Source: Auanema rhodensis (lineage: Eukaryota > Animalia > Nematoda). Taken from it: DNA of 64,000 nt. Within the stretch, counting starts at the first letter, position 1, and each line of letters starts with the position of its first letter. Below are positions 40,672-55,045 of the stretch, in pieces. The position numbers and the translations under genes were made by a program. Under the pieces are notes generated by a model. The model saw only the letters and a program-made list of their open reading frames with translations. It was not told where the DNA came from and did not search any database. The stretch covers positions 19,406,001 to 19,470,000 of the forward strand of contig OZ059894.1 of assembly GCA_964057225.1 (NCBI GenBank), given 5' to 3'.

Positions 40672-43600
40672 TTATATCAGTTGATATCTCGGTGCATTTT
40701 TAAGCTAGCGCAAATCTGATAACACAGATCGACGCAGCTTAAAAATCCGCATCGAATGCACTATACTACATTGAAAAACGCTTAATACAAAAATTAGTTA
40801 TGATCGTTCGAAAAATGATGCATTAGTGTATGTTGAGTTTCCATGTACACTCAACATTGCTTCCAAAAACATTTTGACAAAAATTTTTTCGAGAAATTTC
40901 AAAATAATTTAGCAAAAAGTAGATGTTTTTAGATTCCTTTTTTCAAGGCAAAGACGATGGACAATGTTATTCAACGAAAAAATTAATTCTTCAGGGTGAA
41001 AATCGAGGATATAAGTGTGAACTTATATCAGTTGATATCTCGGTGCATTTTTAAGCTAGCGCAAATCTGATAACACAGATCGACGCAGCTTAAAAATCCG
41101 CATCGAATGCACTATACTACATTGAGAAACGCTTAATACAAAAATTAGTTATGATCGTTTGAAAAATGATGCATTAGTGTATGTTGAGTTTCCATGTACA
41201 CTCAACATTGCTTCCAAAAACATTTTGACAAAAATTTTTTCGAGAAATTTCAAAATAATTTAGCAAAAAGTAGATGTTTTTAGATTCCTTTTTTCAAGGC
41301 AAAGACGATGGACAATGTTATTCAACGAAAAAATTAATTCTTCAGGGTGAAAATCGAGGATATAAGTGTGAACTTATATCAGTTGATATCTCGGTGCATT
41401 TTTAAGCTAGCGCAAATCTGATAACACAGAACGACGCAGCTTAAAAATCCGCATCGAATGCACTATACTACATTGAGAAACGCTTAATATAAAAATTAGT
41501 TATGATCGTTTGAAAAATGATGCATTAGTGTATGTTGAGTTTCCATGTACACTCAACATTGCTTCCAAAAACATTTTGACAAAAATTTTTTCGAGAAATT
41601 TCAAAATAATTTAGCAAAAAGTAGATGTTTTTAGATTCCTTTTTTCAAGGCAAAGACGATGGACAATGTTATTCAACGAAAAAATTAATTCTTCAGGGTG
41701 AAAATCGAGGATATAAGTGTGAACTTATATCAGTTGATATCTCGGTGCATTTTTAAGCTAGCGCAAATCTGATAACACAGAACGACGCAGCTTAAAAATC
41801 CGCATCGAATGCACTATACTACATTGAGAAACGCTTAATATAAAAATTAGTTATGATCGTTTGAAAAATGATGCATTAGTGTATGTTGAGTTTCCATGTA
41901 CACTCAACATTGCTTCCAAAAACATTTTGACAAAAATTTTTTCGAGAAATTTCAAAATAATTTAGCAAAAAGTAGATGTTTTTAGATTCCTTTTTTCAAG
42001 GCAAAGACGATGGACAATGTTATTCAACGAAAAAATTAATTCTTCAGGGTGAAAATCGAGGATATAAGTGTGAACTTATATCAGTTGATATCTCGGTGCA
42101 TTTTTAAGCTAGCGCAAATCTGATAACACAGAACGACGCAGCTTAAAAATCCGCATCGAATGCACTATACTACATTGAGAAACGCTTAATACAAAAATTA
42201 GTTATGATCGTTTGAAAAATGATGCATTAGTGTATGTTGAGTTTCCATGTACACTCAACATTGCTTCCAAAAACATTTTGACAAAAATTTTTTCGAGAAA
42301 TTTCAAAATAATTTAGCAAAAAGTAGATGTTTTTAGATTCCTTTTTTCAAGGCAAAGACGATGGACAATGTTATTCAACGAAAAAATTAATTCTTCAGGG
42401 TGAAAATCGAGGATATAAGTGTGAACTTATATCAGTTGATATCTCGGTGCATTTTTAAGCTAGCGCAAATCTGATAACACAGATCGACGCAGCTTAAAAA
42501 TCCGCATCGAATGCACTATACTACATTGAGAAACGCTTAATACAAAAATTAGTTATGATCGTTTGAAAAATGATGCATTAGTGTATGTTGAGTTTCCATG
42601 TACACTCAACATTGCTTCCAAAAACATTTTGACAAAAATTTTTTCGAGAAATTTCAAAATAATTTAGCAAAAAGTAGATGTTTTTAGATTCCTTTTTTCA
42701 AGGCAAAGACGATGGACAATGTTATTCAACGAAAAAATTAATTCTTCAGGGTGAAAATCGAGGATATAAGTGTGAACTTATATCAGTTGATATCTCGGTG
42801 CATTTTTAAGCTAGCGCAAATCTGATAACACAGAACGACGCAGCTTAAAAATCCGCATCGAATGCACTATACTACATTGAGAAACGCTTAATACAAAAAT
42901 TAGTTATGATCGTTTGAAAAATGATGCATTAGTGTATGTTGAGTTTCCATGTACACTCAACATTGCTTCCAAAAACATTTTGACAAAAATTTTTTCGAGA
43001 AATTTCAAAATAATTTAGCAAAAAGTAGATGTTTTTAGATTCCTTTTTTCAAGGCAAAGACGATGGACAATGTTATTCAACGAAAAAATTAATTCTTCAG
43101 GGTGAAAATCGAGGATATAAGTGTGAACTTATATCAGTTGATATCTCGGTGCATTTTTAAGCTAGCGCAAATCTGATAACACAGATCGACGCAGCTTAAA
43201 AATCCGCATCGAATGCACTATACTACATTGAGAAACGCTTAATACAAAAATTAGTTATGATCGTTTGAAAAATGATGCATTAGTGTATGTTGAGTTTCCA
43301 TGTACACTCAACATTGCTTCCAAAAACATTTTGACAAAAATTTTTTCGAGAAATTTCAAAATAATTTAGCAAAAAGTAGATGTTTTTAGATTCCTTTTTT
43401 CAAGGCAAAGACGATGGACAATGTTATTCAACGAAAAAATTAATTCTTCAGGGTGAAAATCGAGGATATAAGTGTGAACTTATATCAGTTGATATCTCGG
43501 TGCATTTTTAAGCTAGCGCAAATCTGATAACATAGATCGACGCAGCTTAAAAATCCGCATCGAATGCACTATACTACATTGAGAAACGCTTAATACAAAA

Positions 43601-46600
43601 ATTAGTTATGATCGTTTGAAAAATGATGCATTAGTGTATGTTGAGTTTCCATGTACACTCAACATTGCTTCCAAAAACATTTTGACAAAAATTTTTTCGA
43701 GAAATTTCAAAATAATTTAGCAAAAAGTAGATGTTTTTAGATTCCTTTTTTCAAGGCAAAGACGATGGACAATGTTATTCAACGAAAAAATTAATTCTTT
43801 AGGGTGAAAATCGAGGATATAAGTGTGAACTTATATCAGTTGATATCTCGGTGCATTTTTAAGCTAGCGCAAATCTGATAACACAGAACGACGCAGCTTA
43901 AAAATCCGCATCGAATGCACTATACTACATTGAGAAACGCTTAATACAAAAATTAGTTATGATCGTTTGAAAAATGATGCATTAGTGTATGTTGAGTTTC
44001 CATGTACACTCAACATTGCTTCCAAAAACATTTTGACAAAATTTTTTTCGAGAAATTTCAAAATAATTTAGCAAAAAGTAGATGTTTTTAGATTCCTTTT
44101 TTCAAGGCAAAGACGATGGACAATGTTATTCAACGAAAAAATTAATTCTTCAGGGTGAAAATCGAGGATATAAGTGTGAACTTATATCAGTTGATATCTC
44201 GGTGCATTTTTAAGCTAGCGCAAATCTGATAACACAGAACGACGCAGCTTAAAAATCCGCATCGAATGCACTATACTACATTGAGAAACGCTTAATACAA
44301 AAATTAGTTATGATCGTTTGAAAAATGATGCATTAGTGTATGTTGAGTTTCCATGTACACTCAACATTGCTTCCAAAAACATTTTGACAAAAATTTTTTC
44401 GAGAAATTTCAAAATAATTTAGCAAAAAGTAGATGTTTTTAGATTCCTTTTTTCAAGGCAAAGACGATGGACAATGTTATTCAACGAAAAAATTAATTCT
44501 TCAGGGTGAAAATCGAGGATATAAGTGTGAACTTATATCAGTTGATATCTCGGTGCATTTTTAAGCTAGCGCAAATCTGATAACACAGATCGACGCAGCT
44601 TAAAAATCCGCATCGAATGCACTATACTACATTGAAAAACGCTTAATACAAAAATTAGTTATGATCGTTCGAAAAATGATGCATTAGTGTATGTTGAGTT
44701 TCCATGTACACTCAACATTGCTTCCAAAAACATTTTGACAAAAATTTTTTCGAAAAATTTCAAAATAATTTAGCAAAAAGTAGATGTTTTTAGATCCCAT
44801 TTTTCAAGGCAAAGACGATGGACAATGTTATTCAACGAAAAAATTAATTCTTCAGGGTGAAAATCGAGGATATAAGTGTGAACTTATATCAGTTGATATC
44901 TCAGTGCATTTTTAAGCTAGCGCAAATCTGATAACACAGATCGACGCAGCTTAAAAATCCGCATCGAATGCACTATACTACATTGAGAAACGCTCAATAC
45001 AAAAATTAGTTATGATCGTTTGAAAAATGATGCATTAGTGTATGTTGAGTTTCCATGTACACTCAACATTGCTTCCAAAAACATTTTGACAAAAATTTTT
45101 TCGAGAAATTTCAAAATAATTTAGCAAAAAGTAGATGTTTTTAGATTCCTTTTTTCAAGGCAAAGACGATGGACAATGTTATTCAACGAAAAAATTAATT
45201 CTTCAGGGTGAAAATCGAGGATATAAGTGTGAACTTATATCAGTTGATATCTCGGTGCATTTTTAAGCTAGCGCAAATCTGATAACACAGATCGACGCAG
45301 CTTAAAAATCCGCATCGAATGCACTATACTACATTGAGAAACGCTTAATACAAAAATTAGTTATGATCGTTTGAAAAATGATGCATTAGTGTATGTTGAG
45401 TTTCCATGTACACTCAACATTGCTTCCAAAAACATTTTGACAAAAATTTTTTCGAGAAATTTCAAAATAATTTAGCAAAAAGTAGATGTTTTTAGATTCT
45501 TTTTTTCAAGGCAAAGACGATGGACAATGTTATTCAACGAAAAAATTAATTCTTCAGGGTGAAAATCGAGGATATAAGTGTGAACTTATATCAGTTGATA
45601 TCTCGGTGCATTTTTAAGCTAGCGCAAATCTGATAACACAGATCGACGCAGCTTAAAAATCCGCATCGAATGCACTATACTACATTGAGAAACGCTTAAT
45701 ACAAAAATTAGTTATGATCGTTTGAAAAATGATGCATTAGTGTATGTTGAGTTTCCATGTACACTCAACATTGCTTCCAAAAACATTTTGACAAAAATTT
45801 TTTCGAGAAATTTCAAAATAATTTAGCAAAAAGTAGATGTTTTTAGATTCCTTTTTTCAAGGCAAAGACGATGGACAATGTTATTCAACGAAAAAATTAA
45901 TTCTTTAGGGTGAAAATCGAGGATATAAGTGTGAACTTATATCAGTTGATATCTCGGTGCATTTTTAAGCTAGCGCAAATCTGATAACACAGAACGACGC
46001 AGCTTAAAAATCCGCATCGAATGCACTATACTACATTGAGAAACGCTTAATACAAAAATTAGTTATGATCGTTTGAAAAATGATGCATTAGTGTATGTTG
46101 AGTTTCCATGTACACTCAACATTGCTTCCAAAAACATTTTGACAAAAATTTTTTCGAGAAATTTCAAAATAATTTAGCAAAAAGTAGATGTTTTTAGATT
46201 CCTTTTTTCAAGGCAAAGACGATGGACAATGTTATTCAACGAAAAAATTAATTCTTCAGGGTGAAAATCGAGGATATAAGTGTGAACTTATATCAGTTGA
46301 TATCTCGGTGCATTTTTAAGCTAGCGCAAATCTGATAACACAGAACGACGCAGCTTAAAAATCCGCATCGAATGCACTATACTACATTGAGAAACGCTTA
46401 ATACAAAAATTAGTTATGATCGTTTGAAAAATGATGCATTAGTGTATGTTGAGTTTCCATGTACACTCAACATTGCTTCCAAAAACATTTTGACAAAAAT
46501 TTTTTCGAGAAATTTCAAAATAATTTAGCAAAAAGTAGATGTTTTTAGATTCCTTTTTTCAAGGCAAAGACGATGGACAATGTTATTCAACGAAAAAATT

Positions 46601-49600
46601 AATTCTTCAGGGTGAAAATCGAGGATATAAGTGTGAACTTATATCAGTTGATATCTCGGTGCATTTTTAAGCTAGCGCAAATCTGATAACACAGAACGAC
46701 GCAGCTTAAAAATCCGCATCGAATGCACTATACTACATTGAGAAACGCTTAATACAAAAATTAGTTATGATCGTTTGAAAAATGATGCATTAGTGTATGT
46801 TGAGTTTCCATGTACACTCAACATTGCTTCCAAAAACATTTTGACAAAAATTTTTTCGAGAAATTTCAAAATAATTTAGCAAAAAGTAGATGTTTTTAGA
46901 TTCCTTTTTTCAAGGCAAAGACGATGGACAATGTTATTCAACGAAAAAATTAATTCTTCAGGGTGAAAATCGAGGATATAAGTGTGAACTTATATCAGTT
47001 GATATCTCGGTGCATTTTTAAGCTAGCGCAAATCTGATAACACAGAACGACGCAGCTTAAAAATCCGCATCGAATGCACTATACTACATTGAGAAACGCT
47101 TAATACAAAAATTAGTTATGATCGTTTGAAAAATGATGCATTAGTGTATGTTGAGTTTCCATGTACACTCAACATTGCTTCCAAAAACATTTTGACAAAA
47201 ATTTTTTCGAGAAATTTCAAAATAATTTAGCAAAAAGTAGATGTTTTTAGATTCCTTTTTTCAAGGCAAAGACGATGGACAATGTTATTCAACGAAAAAA
47301 TTAATTCTTCAGGGTGAAAATCGAGGATATAAGTGTGAACTTATATCAGTTGATATCTCGGTGCATTTTTAAGCTAGCGCAAATCTGATAACACAGAACG
47401 ACGCAGCTTAAAAATCCGCATCGAATGCACTATACTACATTGAGAAACGCTTAATACAAAAATTAGTTATGATCGTTTGAAAAATGATGCATTAGTGTAT
47501 GTTGAGTTTCCATGTACACTCAACATTGCTTCCAAAAACATTTTGACAAAAATTTTTTCGAGAAATTTCAAAATAATTTAGCAAAAAGTAGATGTTTTTA
47601 GATTCCTTTTTTCAAGGCAAAGACGATGGACAATGTTATTCAACGAAAAAATTAATTCTTCAGGGTGAAAATCGAGGATATAAGTGTGAACTTATATCAG
47701 TTGATATCTCGGTGCATTTTTAAGCTAGCGCAAATCTGATAACACAGAACGACGCAGCTTAAAAATCCGCATCGAATGCACTATACTACATTGAGAAACG
47801 CTTAATACAAAAATTAGTTATGATCGTTTGAAAAATGATGCATTAGTGTATGTTGAGTTTCCATGTACACTCAACATTGCTTCCAAAAACATTTTGACAA
47901 AAATTTTTTCGAGAACAAAATAATTTAGCAAAAAGTAGATGTTTTTAGATTCCTTTTTTCAAGGCAAAGACGATGGACAATGTTATTCAACGAAAAAATT
48001 AATTCTTCAGGGTGAAAATCGAGGATATAAGTGTGAACTTATATCAGTTGATATCTCGGTGCATTTTTAAGCTAGCGCAAATCTGATAACACAGATCGAC
48101 GCAGCTTAAAAATCCGCATCGAATGCACTATACTACATTGAGAAACGCTTAATACAAAAATTAGTTATGATCGTTTGAAAAATGATGCATTAGTGTATGT
48201 TGAGTTTCCATGTACACTCAACATTGCTTCCAAAAACATTTTGACAAAAATTTTTTCGAGAAATTTCAAAATAATTTAGCAAAAAGTAGATGTTTTTAGA
48301 TTCCTTTTTTCAAAGCAAAGACGATGGACAATGTTATTCAACGAAAAAATTAATTCTTCAGGGTGAAAATCGAGGATATAAGTGTGAACTTATATCAGTT
48401 GATATCTCGGTGCATTTTTAAGCTAGCGCAAATCTGATAACACAGATCGACGCAGCTTAAAAATCCGCATCGAATGCACTATACTACATTGAGAAACGCT
48501 TAATACAAAAATTAGTTATGATCGTTTGAAAAATGATGCATTAGTGTATGTTGAGTTTCCATGTACACTCAACATTGCTTCCAAAAACATTTTGACAAAA
48601 ATTTTTTCGAGAAATTTCAAAATAATTTAGCAAAAAGTAGATGTTTTTAGATTCCATTTTTCAAGGCAAAGACGATGGACAATGTTATTCAACGAAAAAA
48701 TTAATTCTTCAGGGTGAAAATCGAGGATATAAGTGTGAACTTATATCAGTTGATATCTCGGTGCATTTTTAAGCTAGCGCAAATCTGATAACACAGATCG
48801 ACGCAGCTTAAAAATCCGCATCGAATGCACTATACTCATTGAAAAACGCTTAATACAAAAATTAGTTATGATCGTTCGAAAAATGATGCATTAGTGTATG
48901 TTGAGTTTCCATGTACACTCAACATTGCTTCCAAAAACATTTTGACAAAAATTTTTTCGAAAAATTTCAAAATAATTTAGCAAAAAGTAGATGTTTTTAG
49001 ATTCCATTTTTCAAGGCAAAGACGATGGACAATGTTATTCAACGAAAAAATTAATTCTTCAGGGTGAAAATCGAGGATATAAGTGTGAACTTATATCAGT
49101 TGATATCTCGGTGCATTTTTAAGCTAGCGCAAATCTGATAACACAGATCGACGCAGCTTAAAAATCCGCATCGAATGCACTATACTACATTGAGAAACGC
49201 TTAATACAAAAATTAGTTATGATCGTTTGAAAAATGATGCATTAGTGTATGTTGAGTTTCCATGTACACTCAACATTGCTTCCAAAAACATTTTGACAAA
49301 AATTTTTTCGAGAACAAAATAATTTAGCAAAAAGTAGATGTTTTTAGATTCCTTTTTTCAAGGCAAAGACGATGGACAATGTTATTCAACGAAAAAATTA
49401 ATTCTTCAGGGTGAAAATCGAGGATATAAGTGTGAACTTATATCAGTTGATATCTCGGTGCATTTTTAAGCTAGCGCAAATCTGATAACACAGATCGACG
49501 CAGCTTAAAAATCCGCATCGAATGCACTATACTACATTGAGAAACGCTTAATACAAAAATTAGTTATGATCGTTTGAAAAATGATGCATTAGTGTATGTT

Positions 49601-52600
49601 GAGTTTCCATGTACACTCAACATTGCTTCCAAAAACATTTTGACAAAAATTTTTTCGAGAAATTTCAAAATAATTTAGCAAAAAGTAGATGTTTTTAGAT
49701 TCCTTTTTTCAAGGCAAAGACGATGGACAATGTTATTCAACGAAAAAATTAATTCTTCAGGGTGAAAATCGAGGATATAAGTGTGAACTTATATCAGTTG
49801 ATATCTCGGTGCATTTTTAAGCTAGCGCAAATCTGATAACACAGATCGACGCAGCTTAAAAATCCGCATCGAATGCACTATACTACATTGAGAAACGCTT
49901 AATACAAAAATTAGTTATGATCGTTTGAAAAATGATGCATTAGTGTATGTTGAGTTTCCATGTACACTCAACATTGCTTCCAAAAACATTTTGACAAAAA
50001 TTTTTTCGAGAAATTTCAAAATAATTTAGCAAAAAGTAGATGTTTTTAGATTCCATTTTTCAAGGCAAAGACGATGGACAATGTTATTCAACGAAAAAAT
50101 TAATTCTTCAGGGTGAAAATCGAGGATATAAGTGTGAACTTATATCAGTTGATATCTCGGTGCATTTTTAAGCTAGCGCAAATCTGATAACACAGATCGA
50201 CGCAGCTTAAAAATCCGCATCGAATGCACTATACTCATTGAAAAACGCTTAATACAAAAATTAGTTATGATCGTTCGAAAAATGATGCATTAGTGTATGT
50301 TGAGTTTCCATGTACACTCAACATTGCTTCCAAAAACATTTTGACAAAAATTTTTTCGAAAAATTTCAAAATAATTTAGCAAAAAGTAGATGTTTTTAGA
50401 TTCCATTTTTCAAGGCAAAGACGATGGACAATGTTATTCAACGAAAAAATTAATTCTTCAGGGTGAAAATCGAGGATATAAGTGTGAACTTATATCAGTT
50501 GATATCTCGGTGCATTTTTAAGCTAGCGCAAATCTGATAACACAGATCGACGCAGCTTAAAAATCCGCATCGAATGCACTATACTACATTGAGAAACGCT
50601 TAATACAAAAATTAGTTATGATCGTTTGAAAAATGATGCATTAGTGTATGTTGAGTTTCCATGTACACTCAACATTGCTTCCAAAAACATTTTGACAAAA
50701 ATTTTTTCGAGAACAAAATAATTTAGCAAAAAGTAGATGTTTTTAGATTCCTTTTTTCAAGGCAAAGACGATGGACAATGTTATTCAACGAAAAAATTAA
50801 TTCTTCAGGGTGAAAATCGAGGATATAAGTGTGAACTTATATCAGTTGATATCTCGGTGCATTTTTAAGCTAGCGCAAATCTGATAACACAGATCGACGC
50901 AGCTTAAAAATCCGCATCGAATGCACTATACTACATTGAGAAACGCTTAATACAAAAATTAGTTATGATCGTTTGAAAAATGATGCATTAGTGTATGTTG
51001 AGTTTCCATGTACACTCAACATTGCTTCCAAAAACATTTTGACAAAAATTTTTTCGAGAAATTTCAAAATAATTTAGCAAAAAGTAGATGTTTTTAGATT
51101 CCTTTTTTCAAGGCAAAGACGATGGACAATGTTATTCAACGAAAAAATTAATTCTTCAGGGTGAAAATCGAGGATATAAGTGTGAACTTATATCAGTTGA
51201 TATCTCGGTGCATTTTTAAGCTAGCGCAAATCTGATAACACAGATCGACGCAGCTTAAAAATCCGCATCGAATGCACTATACTACATTGAGAAACGCTTA
51301 ATACAAAAATTAGTTATGATCGTTTGAAAAATGATGCATTAGTGTATGTTGAGTTTCCATGTACACTCAACATTGCTTCCAAAAACATTTTGACAAAAAT
51401 TTTTTCGAGAAATTTCAAAATAATTTAGCAAAAAGTAGATGTTTTTAGATTCCATTTTTCAAGGCAAAGACGATGGACAATGTTATTCAACGAAAAAATT
51501 AATTCTTCAGGGTGAAAATCGAGGATATAAGTGTGAACTTATATCAGTTGATATCTCGGTGCATTTTTAAGCTAGCGCAAATCTGATAACACAGATCGAC
51601 GCAGCTTAAAAATCCGCATCGAATGCACTATACTCATTGAAAAACGCTTAATACAAAAATTAGTTATGATCGTTCGAAAAATGATGCATTAGTGTATGTT
51701 GAGTTTCCATGTACACTCAACATTGCTTCCAAAAACATTTTGACAAAAATTTTTTCGAAAAATTTCAAAATAATTTAGCAAAAAGTAGATGTTTTTAGAT
51801 TCCATTTTTCAAGGCAAAGACGATGGACAATGTTATTCAACGAAAAAATTAATTCTTCAGGGTGAAAATCGAGGATATAAGTGTGAACTTATATCAGTTG
51901 ATATCTCGGTGCATTTTTAAGCTAGCGCAAATCTGATAACACAGATCGACGCAGCTTAAAAATCCGCATCGAATGCACTATACTACATTGAAAAACGCTT
52001 AATACAAAAATTAGTTATGATCGTTCGAAAAATGATGCATTAGTGTATGTTGAGTTTCCATGTACACTCAACATTGCTTCCAAAAACATTTTGACAAAAA
52101 TTTTTTCGAAAAATTTCAAAATAATTTAGCAAAAAGTAGATGTTTTTAGATTCCATTTTTCAAGGCAAAGACGATGGACAATGTTATTCAACGAAAAAAT
52201 TAATTCTTCAGGGTGAAAATCGAGGATATAAGTGTGAACTTATATCAGTTGATATCTCGGTGCATTTTTAAGCTAGCGCAAATCTGATAACACAGATCGA
52301 CGCAGCTTAAAAATCCGCATCGAATGCACTATACTACATTGAGAAACGTTTAATACAAAAATTAGTTATGATCGTTTGAAAAATGATGCATTAGTGTATG
52401 TTGAGTTTCCATGTACACTCAACATTGCTTCCAAAAACATTTTGACAAAAATTTTTTCGAGAAATTTCAAAATAATTTAGCAAAAAGTAGATGTTTTTAG
52501 ATTCCTTTTTTCAAGGCAAAGACGATGGACAATGTTATTCAACGAAAAAATTAATTCTTCAGGGTGAAAATCGAGGATATAAGTGTGAACTTATATCAGT

Positions 52601-55045
52601 TGATATCTCGGTGCATTTTTAAGCTAGCGCAAATCTGATAACACAGATCGACGCAGCTTAAAAATCCGCATCGAATGCACTATACTACATTGAAAAACGC
52701 TTAATACAAAAATTAGTTATGATCGTTCGAAAAATGATGCATTAGTGTATGTTGAGTTTCCATGTACACTCAACATTGCTTCCAAAAACATTTTGACAAA
52801 AATTTTTTCGAAAAATTTCAAAATAATTTAGCAAAAAGTAGATGTTTTTAGATTCCAATTTTCAAGGCAAAGACGATGGACAATGTTATTCAACGAAAAA
52901 ATTAATTCTTCAGGGTGAAAATCGAGGATATAAGTGTGAACTTATATCAGTTGATATCTCGGTGCATTTTTAAGCTAGCGCAAATCTGATAACACAGATC
53001 GACGCAGCTTAAAAATCCGCATCGAATGCACTATACTACATTGAGAAACGCTTAATACAAAAATTAGTTATGATCGTTTGAAAAATGATGCATTAGTGTA
53101 TGTTGAGTTTCCATGTACACTCAACATTGCTTCCAAAAACATTTTGACAAAAATTTTTTCGAGAAATTTCAAAATAATTTAGCAAAAAGTAGATGTTTTT
53201 AGATTCCTTTTTTCAAGGCAAAGACGATGGACAATGTTATTCAACGAAAAAATTAATTCTTCAGGGTGAAAATCGAGGATATAAGTGTGAACTTATATCA
53301 GTTGATATCTCGGTGCATTTTTAAGCTAGCGCAAATCTGATAACACAGATCGACGCAGCTTAAAAATCCGCATCGAATGCACTATACTACATTGAGAAAC
53401 GCTTAATACAAAAATTAGTTATGATCGTTTGAAAAATGATGCATTAGTGTATGTTGAGTTTCCATGTACACTCAACATTGCTTCCAAAAACATTTTGACA
53501 AAAATTTTTTCGAAAAATTTCAGAATAATTTAGCAAAAAGTAGATGTTTTTAGATTCCATTTTTCAAGGCAAAGACGATGGACAATGTTATTCAACGAAA
53601 AAATTAATTCTTCAGGGTGAAAATCGAGGATATAAGTGTGAACTTATATCAGTTGATATCTCGGTGCATTTTTAAGCTAGCGCAAATCTGATAACACAGA
53701 TCGACGCAGCTTAAAAATCCGCATCGAATGCACTATACTACATTGAGAAACGCTTAATACAAAAATTAGTTATGATCGTTTGAAAAATGATGCATTAGTG
53801 TATGTTGAGTTTCCATGTACACTCAACATTGCTTCCAAAAACATTTTGACAAAAATTTTTTCGAGAAATTTCAAAATAATTTAGCAAAAAGTAGATGTTT
53901 TTAGATTCCTTTTTTCAAGGCAAAGACGATGGACAATGTTATTCAACGAAAAAATTAATTCTTCAGGGTGAAAATCGAGGATATAAGTGTGAACTTATAT
54001 CAGTTGATATCTCGGTGCATTTTTAAGCTAGCGCAAATCTGATAACACAGATCGACGCAGCTTAAAAATCCGCATCGAATGCACTATACTACATTGAGAA
54101 ACGCTTAATACAAAAATTAGTTATGATCGTTTGAAAAATGATGCATTAGTGTATGTTGAGTTTCCATGTACACTCAACATTGCTTCCAAAAACATTTTGA
54201 CAAAAATTTTTTCGAAAAATTTCAGAATAATTTAGCAAAAAGTAGATGTTTTTAGATTCCATTTTTCAAGGCAAAGACGATGGACAATGTTATTCAACGA
54301 AAAAATTAATTCTTCAGGGTGAAAATCGAGGATATAAGTGTGAACTTATATCAGTTGATATCTCGGTGCATTTTTAAGCTAGCGCAAATCTGATAACACA
54401 GATCGACGCAGTTTAAAATCCGCATCGAATGCACTATACTCATTGAAAAACGCTTAATAGAAAAATTAGTTATGATCGTTCGAAAAATGATGCATTAGTG
54501 TATGTTGAGTTTCCATGTACACTCAACATTGCTTCCAAAAACATTTTGACAAAAATTTTTTCGAAAAATTTCAAAATAATTTAGCAAAAAGTAGATGTTT
54601 TTAGATTCCATTTTTCAAGGCAAAGACGATGGACAATGTTATTCAACGAAAAAATTAATTCTTCAGGGTGAAAATCGAGGATATAAGTGTGAACTTATAT
54701 CAGTTGATATCTCGGTGCATTTTTAAGCTAGCGCAAATCTGATAACACAGATCGACGCAGCTTAAAAATCCGCATCGAATGCACTATACTACATTGAGAA
54801 ACGCTTAATACAAAAATTAGTTATGATCGTTTGAAAAATGATGCATTAGTGTATGTTGAGTTTCCATGTACACTCAACATTGCTTCCAAAAACATTTTGA
54901 CAAAAATTTTTTCGAGAAATTTCAAAATAATTTAGCAAAAAGTAGATGTTTTTAGATTTCTTTTTTCAAGGCAAAGACGATGGACAATGTTATTCAACGA
55001 AAAAATTAATTCTTCAGGGTGAAAATCGAGGATATAAGTGTGAAC
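40672..55045. repeat. Sub-family domain marked by the ttcgAgaaat variant (monomer position ~221 a>g)
   Basis: The variant is first seen at 40893 and last at 54916, and was not seen elsewhere. Most monomers in the interval carry it. Confidence 0.88.
47692..51888. repeat. 4-mer HOR (347+351+351+350 = 1399 bp), three copies
   Basis: The monomer with a 4-bp deletion (gagaa[attt]caaaa) starts at 47692, 49091 and 50490. Each is followed by the same three haplotypes. Confidence 0.92.
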
